From Rickettsiales bacterium (GTDB taxonomy: Bacteria; Pseudomonadota; Alphaproteobacteria; Rickettsiales; JABSSG01): DNA of 64,000 nt. Positions within the stretch are counted from its first letter, which is position 1. Each line of letters starts with the position of its first letter. The position numbers were made by a program, and so were the translations under genes. The notes under the pieces are model-generated. The model made no database searches. It saw only the letters and a list, made by a program, of their open reading frames with translations, and was not told the origin of the DNA. Below are positions 11,291 through 19,728 of this stretch, piece by piece. The DNA lies in assembly GCA_013214525.1 (NCBI GenBank), contig JABSSG010000020.1, forward strand, positions 24,950 to 88,949, in the 5' to 3' direction.

Positions 11291-11791
11291 ATGACCAAAT
11301 TTTTTAGTAGTTTTTTTAATTATATTAATGTGTTTACATTGCCTCCAAGAATAAACCGTATGAGATATCTTTCTTTGACACTTTTATATGAGTCATTAGT
11401 TTGGCTTGTTATGTGGTTTATTTATTTATTTTTTAGCGAAGAATCAACAGAAATTTTCTTGTGGATACTTGCACCAGTTTTGATTTATGTAGTGCAGATA
11501 TCTTTTATGGTAAAAAGATTGCATGATGTGAATATGAGTGGATGGTTCTGCTTAGTATTTTTAGTGGTGTCTTTTTTCCTAAAGTCTTTTGGTAAAACAT
11601 TTATTATTTTATTCTCGGTGATGAAAGGGAATCAGGAGAAAAATAAATTTGGAGAAGTGCCTGAAGCAGGTATGCTTGGATATGGATTTATAGTTTTAGC
11701 TTTGTTGGTATTCATGTACACAATGTTTATTGTTATTAGTGATAGTAAATTTTTTGACTTTTTAAGTTCTTCATTATTACCTTTCTATTAA
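11291..11791 (+). CDS. DUF805-family inner membrane protein
   Basis: 166 aa with RINRMRYL near the N-terminus and KRLHDVNMSGW, the DUF805 signatures. It is a paralogue of 29024-29518. Confidence 0.75.
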   Translation: MTKFFSSFFNYINVFTLPPRINRMRYLSLTLLYESLVWLVMWFIYLFFSEESTEIFLWILAPVLIYVVQISFMVKRLHDVNMSGWFCLVFLVVSFFLKSFGKTFIILFSVMKGNQEKNKFGEVPEAGMLGYGFIVLALLVFMYTMFIVISDSKFFDFLSSSLLPFY

Positions 11792-11898
11792 TTTCTTTTG
11801 AAATTACTTATGATAATTCTTTTTAATTCTCTTTAGGGATCTGTGTATGTAATCTCTTGGTAAGGAGAGTATCAAAATTAATTGAACTGTTTATGTAA

Positions 11899-12444
11899 TT
11901 ATAATTTGTCATTATAATCTTCAAACAGTGATTTTATTTTGTTTTCAAATATAGCATTATCACCCATAGTATATTGTTCAAAACTGTTCATTGTTATAGT
12001 AATTTCCTTACATAAATCACTGGTAGTGATTCTGTGAGTGTCGTAGAGTCCAAATAAACTCATTTCTTTAGAACAAGTAATACTAGTGGGCAACATAGAA
12101 TAAGAGTGATTTTTATAGCATTCAATTGCTTTATCTTGTAGGTAATTCAATAGTATTTTTTGTGCACACATGCTATCATTAGTAACCGTAGATTGATTAT
12201 TAAAGTAATTCCAGATATTATGTGACGCATTATCTGTAGCATATATATTTACATTAGTATTATGTAGTATTTGTTCGATATAATTAGCAGGTGCTTCTAA
12301 TTCTATAGCTTTTAATAATATATTTCTTCCTTCAGCGTCAATATATGATCCGCATTGAATAATATAGTCATCAAAATTCTTGTTTAATTCAGAATGATGA
12401 TTACTTATAAAAAACTCTGTACATAAATTTTTCTGATGTGACAT
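11899..12444 (-). CDS. hypothetical protein with one ankyrin-like repeat (ORFan)
   Basis: 181 aa. DAEGRNILLKAIELEAPANYIEQILHNTNVNIYATD fits a loose ANK pattern. It is co-directional with, and 42 nt downstream of, 12487-14385. Confidence 0.55.
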   Translation of the reverse strand: MSHQKNLCTEFFISNHHSELNKNFDDYIIQCGSYIDAEGRNILLKAIELEAPANYIEQILHNTNVNIYATDNASHNIWNYFNNQSTVTNDSMCAQKILLNYLQDKAIECYKNHSYSMLPTSITCSKEMSLFGLYDTHRITTSDLCKEITITMNSFEQYTMGDNAIFENKIKSLFEDYNDKL

Positions 12445-12486
12445 TTTCTTCTTTTTGTTGGTTAATAAATAATAACTTTTAACTGA

Positions 12487-14385
12487 CTATAACTCTATAA
12501 ACGTATCTTCACAAGTGCCAAAAACAGAAGCTTTAACATGTGAGTGATATGAATAAAATATTACGATTTTATTGAAGCTATCTTTATAGGATAGGTCTTC
12601 AAACTGATGACAATATAAAAAACTATTGTAGTTTAGGTCTTTTGGTAAAATTTCTAATTCATGTATAAATTCTTTTGTGTAACTTATACAATTACGCTCT
12701 GAAATATGATAAAAGCATTTTTCTTCATTTTTTTCTGTACAATCTTGAGTGTCTTCGAGCATTTTATCTGCAATTTTATCCGAGATACTATGAGGAGTAT
12801 AGAATTTAACTCTAAGTGCGTTTTTTATTTCTGATATAATGTAATGATCTGTAAAAAATTCATTTTTAATATCACCATGCACTGAGCTGCTTGCTGCCAT
12901 CCATGCAATATAGGGTGTTGCTACTACCATCATTGAGGTTGAATAAAAGTCCTCTTCATTCCCTGCTGAAGGATTTTTGGTATCGCCATAAGTAGGTTGA
13001 TCTATGTTAGCAGAATTTGTCATTTCTGTTTTTGTATAGCTTGCATCATTATTTATATTAAAGATGCTTGATTCTATAGACCCATAATCTTTATTTGGTG
13101 TAGTGTTATCTTCGTTTTTGTTAGAAGTATCTGACTCTTCAGACTTATGTTCTGTATTTGTCTTAGTGTTATTTACGTTTATATTAGAGTCCTTTGAAGT
13201 AGAATCTTGTTTGTTGGTAGCTTTTTTCAATATGTTTACTTTACTCCAAGTCGATGCATCTTCTAAAATTACTCCTGATTCAGTTAGCATTTCAACTGAT
13301 AATTTAAAAATAGGGGGTAAGATATTTTTATATGTCCATGCTACATCATCGAAAGTATGTTTTGATGATGATTGTGCAAAATGAGCAGCATATTGACTAT
13401 TAGAAATAATAACTTTATTGGTTATCCATAATATTATATCTTTCAAATTTGCTCCCATATTATGTAAATCAGTTATTAATTTTTGAATATGGATGTAGTT
13501 ATTATCAAATGTTTCTCGAATATTTGTGTAACTATTTTCAAATGTTTCTTGTATGTATTTTAATTGTTGACTTATTTTTTCGTTGTCTAAAAGATGTTGT
13601 ATTTTCTTATCGTTTATTTTTACATTATCATCACTTGGATAAAATCCCCAAGTGATATCATCATATTGCATAAAATAGTTATTTATGTCTTTAACTTTTC
13701 TGTATCCCATAAATCCATGTCCAGGATTTATATTAACAAAGAAGTACTCACCATGATAGTTGTCAAATTTAGCAATATTGTTGTTTGCAAGGTATTGCAT
13801 AACAGTGTCAACATCAACTCCATGTAGTGATAATATTTTACCAGTTGTTAAAGGAATAAAGGTGTAGCAAAAATTTTGTATAATAATTGTATTGTCTTCT
13901 ATTAACTCGCCGTAGTTTTTAAGATTAGATAGATCTGAAGGGGTATTGATGCATGCATCTAATATTTTACTGTTAACATTAAATTCAATGTTAGGAGTAA
14001 AGCTTTCTAAACTATATAAGGGTTTTTTTGCAAGATTGCTTTGTGTAGAATAGTAAAAGTATCTTTGTAGAAGCTCAGAATTTCCATCTCTTGCTAGTGA
14101 GTATAGTAAAGGTACTTTGTTGCTACCTATTACACTTATATCAGCACCTTCAGTTGCGAATATATCTAAAATGATAGGGTTATTTATGCGTAATGTTAAT
14201 TCTAGTAAACTTGTTTTAAATCCTTTCCGCTCAAATGAAGAGTTGATTATATTAGGAAAGCAGCGTGTTATTTGAGAAATTTCATTATAAAAATCATTAT
14301 TATCTTGGGCAAATGTAATTAAGTAAGCTAATCTTTGGCTCGAATAGTTTATATTGTTGCAACTATATTTTACTACTTTCATCAT
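12487..14385 (-). CDS. large hypothetical protein, ankyrin-like N-terminus, N/S/T/K/D-rich low-complexity linker, Cys/His-rich C-terminal region (candidate secreted effector)
   Basis: 632-aa uninterrupted ORF. TSLLELTLRINNPIILDIFATEGADISVIGSNKVPLLYSLARDGNSELLQ is ANK-like. The low-complexity stretch falls around nt 13000-13250. Confidence 0.65.
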   Translation of the reverse strand: MMKVVKYSCNNINYSSQRLAYLITFAQDNNDFYNEISQITRCFPNIINSSFERKGFKTSLLELTLRINNPIILDIFATEGADISVIGSNKVPLLYSLARDGNSELLQRYFYYSTQSNLAKKPLYSLESFTPNIEFNVNSKILDACINTPSDLSNLKNYGELIEDNTIIIQNFCYTFIPLTTGKILSLHGVDVDTVMQYLANNNIAKFDNYHGEYFFVNINPGHGFMGYRKVKDINNYFMQYDDITWGFYPSDDNVKINDKKIQHLLDNEKISQQLKYIQETFENSYTNIRETFDNNYIHIQKLITDLHNMGANLKDIILWITNKVIISNSQYAAHFAQSSSKHTFDDVAWTYKNILPPIFKLSVEMLTESGVILEDASTWSKVNILKKATNKQDSTSKDSNINVNNTKTNTEHKSEESDTSNKNEDNTTPNKDYGSIESSIFNINNDASYTKTEMTNSANIDQPTYGDTKNPSAGNEEDFYSTSMMVVATPYIAWMAASSSVHGDIKNEFFTDHYIISEIKNALRVKFYTPHSISDKIADKMLEDTQDCTEKNEEKCFYHISERNCISYTKEFIHELEILPKDLNYNSFLYCHQFEDLSYKDSFNKIVIFYSYHSHVKASVFGTCEDTFIEL

Positions 14386-14658
14386 AATATATTCAATATT
14401 AATTTATAACGTCCTTATATGTACAACATATATTAACAATCATTTCAAGTTTTTAAATATGAGATCTTTAAGAAGAGTTATTTTGATGTTGGATTTGATT
14501 AGTTTTTTACCAATGTATTGTTTTAAAGATTGGATAGTTGATTATTCATGTAAATATGGGTACAAGTTTAATTGGATAATTAATAAAATTAGTTTTATAA
14601 TTCCTAAAACTCTTCTTTTTCAAAAGAAATGTGCGACAATATCTTGTCAGGTAATAAA

Positions 14659-14961
14659 ATGTCTAATAAAGGTAAAAAAAAGATTCAATTATCTAACGAA
14701 AGCACTAAGTTAGATAAACTAAATAAGAAAATTCAACATTATAAGAAAAAACATGCACCTAAGACATATAAAAAAGAAAATTTTTTATATAGTTCTTTTG
14801 GTTTTGCCTTAGAAATAGTAGCAGCTGTTGCTGTTGGATTATTGGTTGGATTTTATTTAGATAAATTCTTTAATTTTAAGTTTGTCTTTAAGATATCCTG
14901 TTTAATGCTTGCATTTATTGCAAGTTTAGTAAATATATATAGAGCAACTAGTAAGAAATAA
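14659..14961 (+). CDS. atpI: ATP synthase protein I-like (AtpI/AtpZ) small membrane protein
   Basis: It sits immediately upstream of atpB and has two hydrophobic segments after a basic N-terminus. I prefer the ATG at 14659 (aggt 8 nt upstream) over the in-frame ATG at 14629. Confidence 0.6.
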   Translation: MSNKGKKKIQLSNESTKLDKLNKKIQHYKKKHAPKTYKKENFLYSSFGFALEIVAAVAVGLLVGFYLDKFFNFKFVFKISCLMLAFIASLVNIYRATSKK

Positions 14962-14965
14962 AATT

Positions 14966-15706
14966 ATGTCAGAACAGTTTGAAATACATCCTATTGAGCA
15001 GTTTGATTTACATACGCTAATTAACTTAAAACTAGGAAATTATAATTTTGGTTTTACAAATTCTGCATTATTTATGGTGTTAGCTTTTATATGCATCTCT
15101 AGTTTATTTATATTTTGCACAAGAAATCCTAAGATTATTCCTAGCAAGCTTCAGGCAGTTGGAGAGTTGATATATGATTTTGTGTTAGATACTTTGCAAG
15201 AAACTACATTAGGGAAGGGGAAGAAGTATTTTCCATTTATTTTTAGTTTATTCTGTTTTGTGCTGACTTTAAATTGTTTAGGGGTTATTCCATATGGATT
15301 CACAGTTACAAGTCATATATCTGTCACATTGGCTCTTGCTTTAATAGTTTTTATTATAGTTAATGTAATTGCATTCTCATTGCATGGGATAAAGTTTTTT
15401 AGTTTCTTTTTGCCTGACGGTGTACCGTTAGTTCTTGCTCCTATGATGATACTAATAGAAGTATTTGTATATTTAATACGACCGATTACTCTTTCAATAA
15501 GGCTGGCAGCTAACATGATGGCTGGGCATATTGTATTGTATATTATTACATCTTTTATCATAATGGGTGGAATTAAATTTGGTATAATTCCAATTCCATT
15601 TATAATGGCACTTACAGGCTTTGAGTTATTTATAGGATTGCTACAGGCATATATTTTCACAATTCTTACCTGTGTGTATTTAAATGATGCAATTCACTTG
15701 CATTAA
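14966..15706 (+). CDS. atpB: F0F1 ATP synthase subunit a
   Basis: 246 aa. The conserved LSIRLAANMMAGH motif contains the essential Arg. Confidence 0.95.
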   Translation: MSEQFEIHPIEQFDLHTLINLKLGNYNFGFTNSALFMVLAFICISSLFIFCTRNPKIIPSKLQAVGELIYDFVLDTLQETTLGKGKKYFPFIFSLFCFVLTLNCLGVIPYGFTVTSHISVTLALALIVFIIVNVIAFSLHGIKFFSFFLPDGVPLVLAPMMILIEVFVYLIRPITLSIRLAANMMAGHIVLYIITSFIIMGGIKFGIIPIPFIMALTGFELFIGLLQAYIFTILTCVYLNDAIHLH

Positions 15707-15767
15707 AAAGTTTATTGGATTATATATTACCTAAATATAAAGTAACTTAAATTAAGGGAAATTGATT

Positions 15768-15995
15768 ATGGATGCACAAGCAATTAAATATATCGCAGTA
15801 GCGTTGATGTCTATAGGGATGGCAGGTGCAGCAATAGCTATTGCTGTTATTTTTTCTTCGTTAATAAGTGCAATTGCTAGAAATCCTTCTGCTGAAGGTA
15901 AAATGGCGAAACAAGCAATTATTGGTGCGGCATTAGCAGAAGCAATGGGTATTTTTGCTGTAGGTATTGCTGTGATCTTAATTTTTGTTGTATAA
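15768..15995 (+). CDS. atpE: F0F1 ATP synthase subunit c
   Basis: About 75 aa. The hairpin protein motif ARNPS...GAALAEAMGIF includes the carboxylate Glu. ATG is at 15768, with an aaggga RBS ending 8 nt upstream. The ORF track's 15762 start is a TTG. Confidence 0.93.
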   Translation: MDAQAIKYIAVALMSIGMAGAAIAIAVIFSSLISAIARNPSAEGKMAKQAIIGAALAEAMGIFAVGIAVILIFVV

Positions 15996-16008
15996 GATAG
16001 ATTGATCT

Positions 16009-16491
16009 ATGGCAGAGCTAATGCCACAATTTGATTTCACTACTTTTCCCAACCAAATTATTTGGTTAGTGGTGATCTTTGCTTTACAATATCTTATTAT
16101 TGCTAAGGTTGTTATTCCACGATTCAAAGGGTTATTTAGTAGAAGGGAAAGCCACTTAGACCAACAATTAAAGCAAGCAGAAGAATCTTCAAAAAAAGCT
16201 GAAGAACTTCGATTAGATTATGAACAAAAATTAGAAGAAGTTAAGCATCAGCATGAAGATATGATGAGGAAGACATCAAAAAAAATTGAATTAGAAGCTG
16301 AAGCGAAAATTTCTGAGTTGGAAAAGGAGTTTGCTGTAGAAACAAAAAAATATGAAGAAGATTTCAAAAAAGCTAATCGTAATATAAATGCAGCACTTAA
16401 CGAAGTATCACTTGATTTAGCAGTAGATATACTTGATAAGGTGACGCAAACTAAAGTAAATAAGAAAAAATTAGTAAAATACATAAATTAA
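16009..16491 (+). CDS. F0F1 ATP synthase subunit b'
   Basis: 160 aa. The N-terminus MPQFDFTTFPNQIIWLVVIF is typical of alphaproteobacterial b'. It has one TM segment followed by a charged coiled coil. Confidence 0.85.
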   Translation: MAELMPQFDFTTFPNQIIWLVVIFALQYLIIAKVVIPRFKGLFSRRESHLDQQLKQAEESSKKAEELRLDYEQKLEEVKHQHEDMMRKTSKKIELEAEAKISELEKEFAVETKKYEEDFKKANRNINAALNEVSLDLAVDILDKVTQTKVNKKKLVKYIN

Positions 16492-16492
16492 T

Positions 16493-16984
16493 ATGCATTT
16501 TGATGTACATTTTTGGGAAAGTATTTGTTTTATACTGCTAGTATTGCTTAGTTATAGGCCTGTTAAGAAAGCAATCTCAAATTATCTTGATGATTATGCA
16601 AAATCAATAGAACAAAAAGTTAAAGAAGCAGAAAATTTGTGTGAAGAAGCAACACACACTCTTCAATACTATACAGAACAGCATAAGATGTTTACAAAGA
16701 AAATAAATGACATAACTAAGAAAACTGAAAAAGATATAAGAAGTTTAGAGCAACAGGCAACAAAAAAATTAGAAGATAAGATAAAAGCTAAACAACAAAT
16801 TCAAAAAGATAGGCTTGAATTATATAATAAACAAGAAATATATAGAGTAAAAAAAGCTATTATAAATAAAACTATGACTTTAGTTACTTGTTATTTAGAA
16901 GATGTTGGATCATCATCTGTAACTCGAGATCAAGTTGCTCAAGTGCTTAATGTAGCAAAAAATAAATCAATTACTTTCCATTAA
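16493..16984 (+). CDS. atpF: F0F1 ATP synthase subunit b
   Basis: 163 aa with a single N-terminal TM segment and a long charged helix. Its position after b' matches the alphaproteobacterial F0 operon. Confidence 0.85.
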   Translation: MHFDVHFWESICFILLVLLSYRPVKKAISNYLDDYAKSIEQKVKEAENLCEEATHTLQYYTEQHKMFTKKINDITKKTEKDIRSLEQQATKKLEDKIKAKQQIQKDRLELYNKQEIYRVKKAIINKTMTLVTCYLEDVGSSSVTRDQVAQVLNVAKNKSITFH

Positions 16985-16987
16985 TAG

Positions 16988-17629
16988 ATGGATTATCAAC
17001 ATTCCTTAGCAAAAACATCATTTATTACTTTTGAAGGATGTGAATGTAGTGGTAAGTCAACTCAAAGCAGATTACTTTATGAGTGGTTTGTTAAAAATAA
17101 TAAAAAAGCTATTCTAACAAAAGAGCCAGGTGGTACTGATACTGCTGATGAACTACGGAGCATTTTACTCGATAAAAATAAAAAACTGGATTCTCGTAGT
17201 GAATTAATGCTTCATATGGCTTCAAGAATTGAACATGTTGTTGATGTGATTCTTCCTAGTTTAAAAAATGGTACGAGTATAATTTGTGATAGGTTTGTAG
17301 ATTCTACAATTGCTTATCAAGGATATGGCCACGGTCTTTCTGTGGATCTTATAAAGCAGTTACATAAGACATTTCTTGATGATATCCAGCCATCTATAAC
17401 TTTTATCTTTGACCTTGAGTTTGCTACTTTCCAGAAAAGAGTTGAAAGAAAGCATATGCGATTATCTAATGATGATCGGTATGAAACTCTTTCCACAGAA
17501 TTTCATAAAAGGGTGATAAGAGGGTTTAAAGAGATAGCTGAACAAAACCCTAATAGATGCATTTTAATTGATACTAATGGTAAGTCTATAAGAACAATTC
17601 ATGAAGAAATTATTAAAGCTTTGATTTGA
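16988..17629 (+). CDS. tmk: thymidylate kinase
   Basis: 213 aa with the P-loop FEGCECSGKSTQ, a DRF motif and a LID region. Confidence 0.9.
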   Translation: MDYQHSLAKTSFITFEGCECSGKSTQSRLLYEWFVKNNKKAILTKEPGGTDTADELRSILLDKNKKLDSRSELMLHMASRIEHVVDVILPSLKNGTSIICDRFVDSTIAYQGYGHGLSVDLIKQLHKTFLDDIQPSITFIFDLEFATFQKRVERKHMRLSNDDRYETLSTEFHKRVIRGFKEIAEQNPNRCILIDTNGKSIRTIHEEIIKALI

Positions 17630-17860
17630 ATAGCTGCATCATTATTTTTTTTGACATTTAGTATAACAGTTGTACTGCTTATTTAAATTCTTGTGCAGAA
17701 TAAATTTTTTACTCAGTTCTAATTCTTTCATATGTGTTTTTAGTTAAAGTTTTTTTTATATCCTAATTATGTCTAAAGATGCTGATCTTTAAATTTACAA
17801 GTCTTAAAATAAAGGTTATGTTCTGTCATGTATCTGAATATTAACTAATAAAGGTTATTT

Positions 17861-19153
17861 ATGACTATATCAACTGCGAAGAAATCTAATTTGGCACAAG
17901 AAGCTCTTGCATATCATGAGAAGCATCCTCACGGAAAGATATCTGTTACTCCGACAAAAGAATTAGCTACTCAAAAAGACTTGTCATTAGCTTATAGCCC
18001 AGGTGTTGCAGTACCTTGTTTAGAGATACAAAAAAATCCAGAACTAGCTTATAAATATACTTCAAAGGGAAATTTGGTAGCAATGATTTCGAATGGTACA
18101 GCTGTGTTGGGATTAGGGAATATAGGTGCACTTGCATCAAAACCTGTTATGGAGGGAAAGTCTGTTTTATTCAAAAGATTTTCTGGAATTGATTCGGTTG
18201 ATATAGAAATTAATACTCAAGATCCTAAAGAGTTTATAAATTGTGTTAAATTATTAGGTGCTGGATTTGGTGGAATAAATTTAGAAGATATAAAGGCACC
18301 TGAATGTTTTATTATAGAAAATGAGCTTAGTAAGGTTCTTGATATACCAGTTTTTCATGATGATCAGCATGGTACAGCTATAATAACACTTGCAGGATTG
18401 ATGAATGCTTTAAAAATTGTTGATAAAAAATTGGATGAAATCCAAATTGTTTTTGTAGGGGCTGGTGCTGGTGCTATTGCATGTATGAGCTTGCTTGAAA
18501 CAGCAGGGGTACCAAAAGAAAATATTACATTATGTGATACTAAGGGAGTCGTTTATAAGGGAAGAAAGGAAGGAATGAATCAATGGAAAGAACGATATGC
18601 TGTTGAAACACAAAAACGAACCATAGCAGATGCAGTTGTTGACTCAGATGTAATAGTTGGTCTTTCAGTTAAAGGCATAGTTTCTCAAGATATGATTAAA
18701 ACTATGAATACGAAGCCTATAATTTTTGCATTAGCTAATCCAGATCCGGAAATTCTTCCTGAAGAAGTGAAAGCTGTGAGATCAGATGCAATAGTTGCAA
18801 CGGGTAGATCTGATTACCCTAATCAAATAAATAATGTTATGGGTTTTCCTTATATATTTAGAGGGTTACTTGATACTAGATCTATTGCTGTGAATGATGA
18901 AATAAAAATAGCGGCTTCTCATAGTTTAGCTAAACTTGCAAGAGAAGAAGTGCCTGAAGAAGTATTAAAAACATATCCAGGACAAAAATTAGAGTTTGGA
19001 TCAAATTATATAGTGCCTACGCCATTTGATCCTAGATTGCTTTATACTGTTTCATCAGAGATAGCACGTGCTGCAATAAGAACTGGGGTTGCTCGAAATA
19101 AAATAACTGATTTTGATGAGTATAAGAAGAGTTTGGAAAGTAGGTTATTTTAA
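17861..19153 (+). CDS. NAD(P)-dependent malic enzyme (short form, no phosphotransacetylase domain)
   Basis: 430 aa. LAYSPGVA, FHDDQHGTA and the Rossmann motif VGAGAGAIA match the MaeB N-terminal malic-enzyme module. Confidence 0.9.
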   Translation: MTISTAKKSNLAQEALAYHEKHPHGKISVTPTKELATQKDLSLAYSPGVAVPCLEIQKNPELAYKYTSKGNLVAMISNGTAVLGLGNIGALASKPVMEGKSVLFKRFSGIDSVDIEINTQDPKEFINCVKLLGAGFGGINLEDIKAPECFIIENELSKVLDIPVFHDDQHGTAIITLAGLMNALKIVDKKLDEIQIVFVGAGAGAIACMSLLETAGVPKENITLCDTKGVVYKGRKEGMNQWKERYAVETQKRTIADAVVDSDVIVGLSVKGIVSQDMIKTMNTKPIIFALANPDPEILPEEVKAVRSDAIVATGRSDYPNQINNVMGFPYIFRGLLDTRSIAVNDEIKIAASHSLAKLAREEVPEEVLKTYPGQKLEFGSNYIVPTPFDPRLLYTVSSEIARAAIRTGVARNKITDFDEYKKSLESRLF

Positions 19154-19602
19154 ATTATAGATGTTTTGCTTTTTCTAAGATGATATGTAAGTGCTAATTT
19201 TATACAATATGATAATTCCTCTATGGGGATTTTATCGTGTTCAGAAAAGATTATACTTCTATTTCCGCCATATTTAAACTTATCACCATATAAACTCTTA
19301 AAGCTACTTACTAAAGAATTATTACAATTAAAGCAAATACAATATTGGTTAGGGAATGATTTCTTCCAACCTAATCTGACGGGACTACCAGTTTTGGTTT
19401 TGGAGGTTAGATATGCAGGTTCACCCCATTTTAAGCATTCTTCTAATTCACCTATTTCAGGTAATGATTTTGCAGATTCAAATATTATTTTTCTCAGAAA
19501 TAGTAATTTGGAACAAATGTTTTTAGGATAAGAATGAAATTCCCTAAGAACTCCTTCATGTTTGATTGGAGTTAAATTGTCTGCTAATAGCTTTTGTTTC
19601 AT
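19150..19602 (-). CDS. DUF1801 (YdhG-like) domain protein
   Basis: ECLKWGEPAYL ... pattern. The ATG at 19602 is preferred, since the track's 19611 start is a TTG. The 3' end overlaps the malic enzyme stop convergently by 4 nt. Confidence 0.5.
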   Translation of the reverse strand: MKQKLLADNLTPIKHEGVLREFHSYPKNICSKLLFLRKIIFESAKSLPEIGELEECLKWGEPAYLTSKTKTGSPVRLGWKKSFPNQYCICFNCNNSLVSSFKSLYGDKFKYGGNRSIIFSEHDKIPIEELSYCIKLALTYHLRKSKTSII

Positions 19603-19728
19603 ATATATCAATATTGATATTAGACTAAATAAAATTAGCTAGGTTATAAAAATATTCTATTTCATAAGCTTTGTAATGATAAGATTAAAATATGCATTAT
19701 ATATTTTAATCTTAGAAAATGCTTTGTT

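Noticed and set aside
14354-14713. 119-aa + strand ORF upstream of the atp operon
   Set aside because: Its sequence is low-complexity and AT-driven, and it overlaps both the 5' end of the 12487-14385 gene and the atpI-like start. It has no RBS or motif, so it is probably a spurious ORF within the promoter region.
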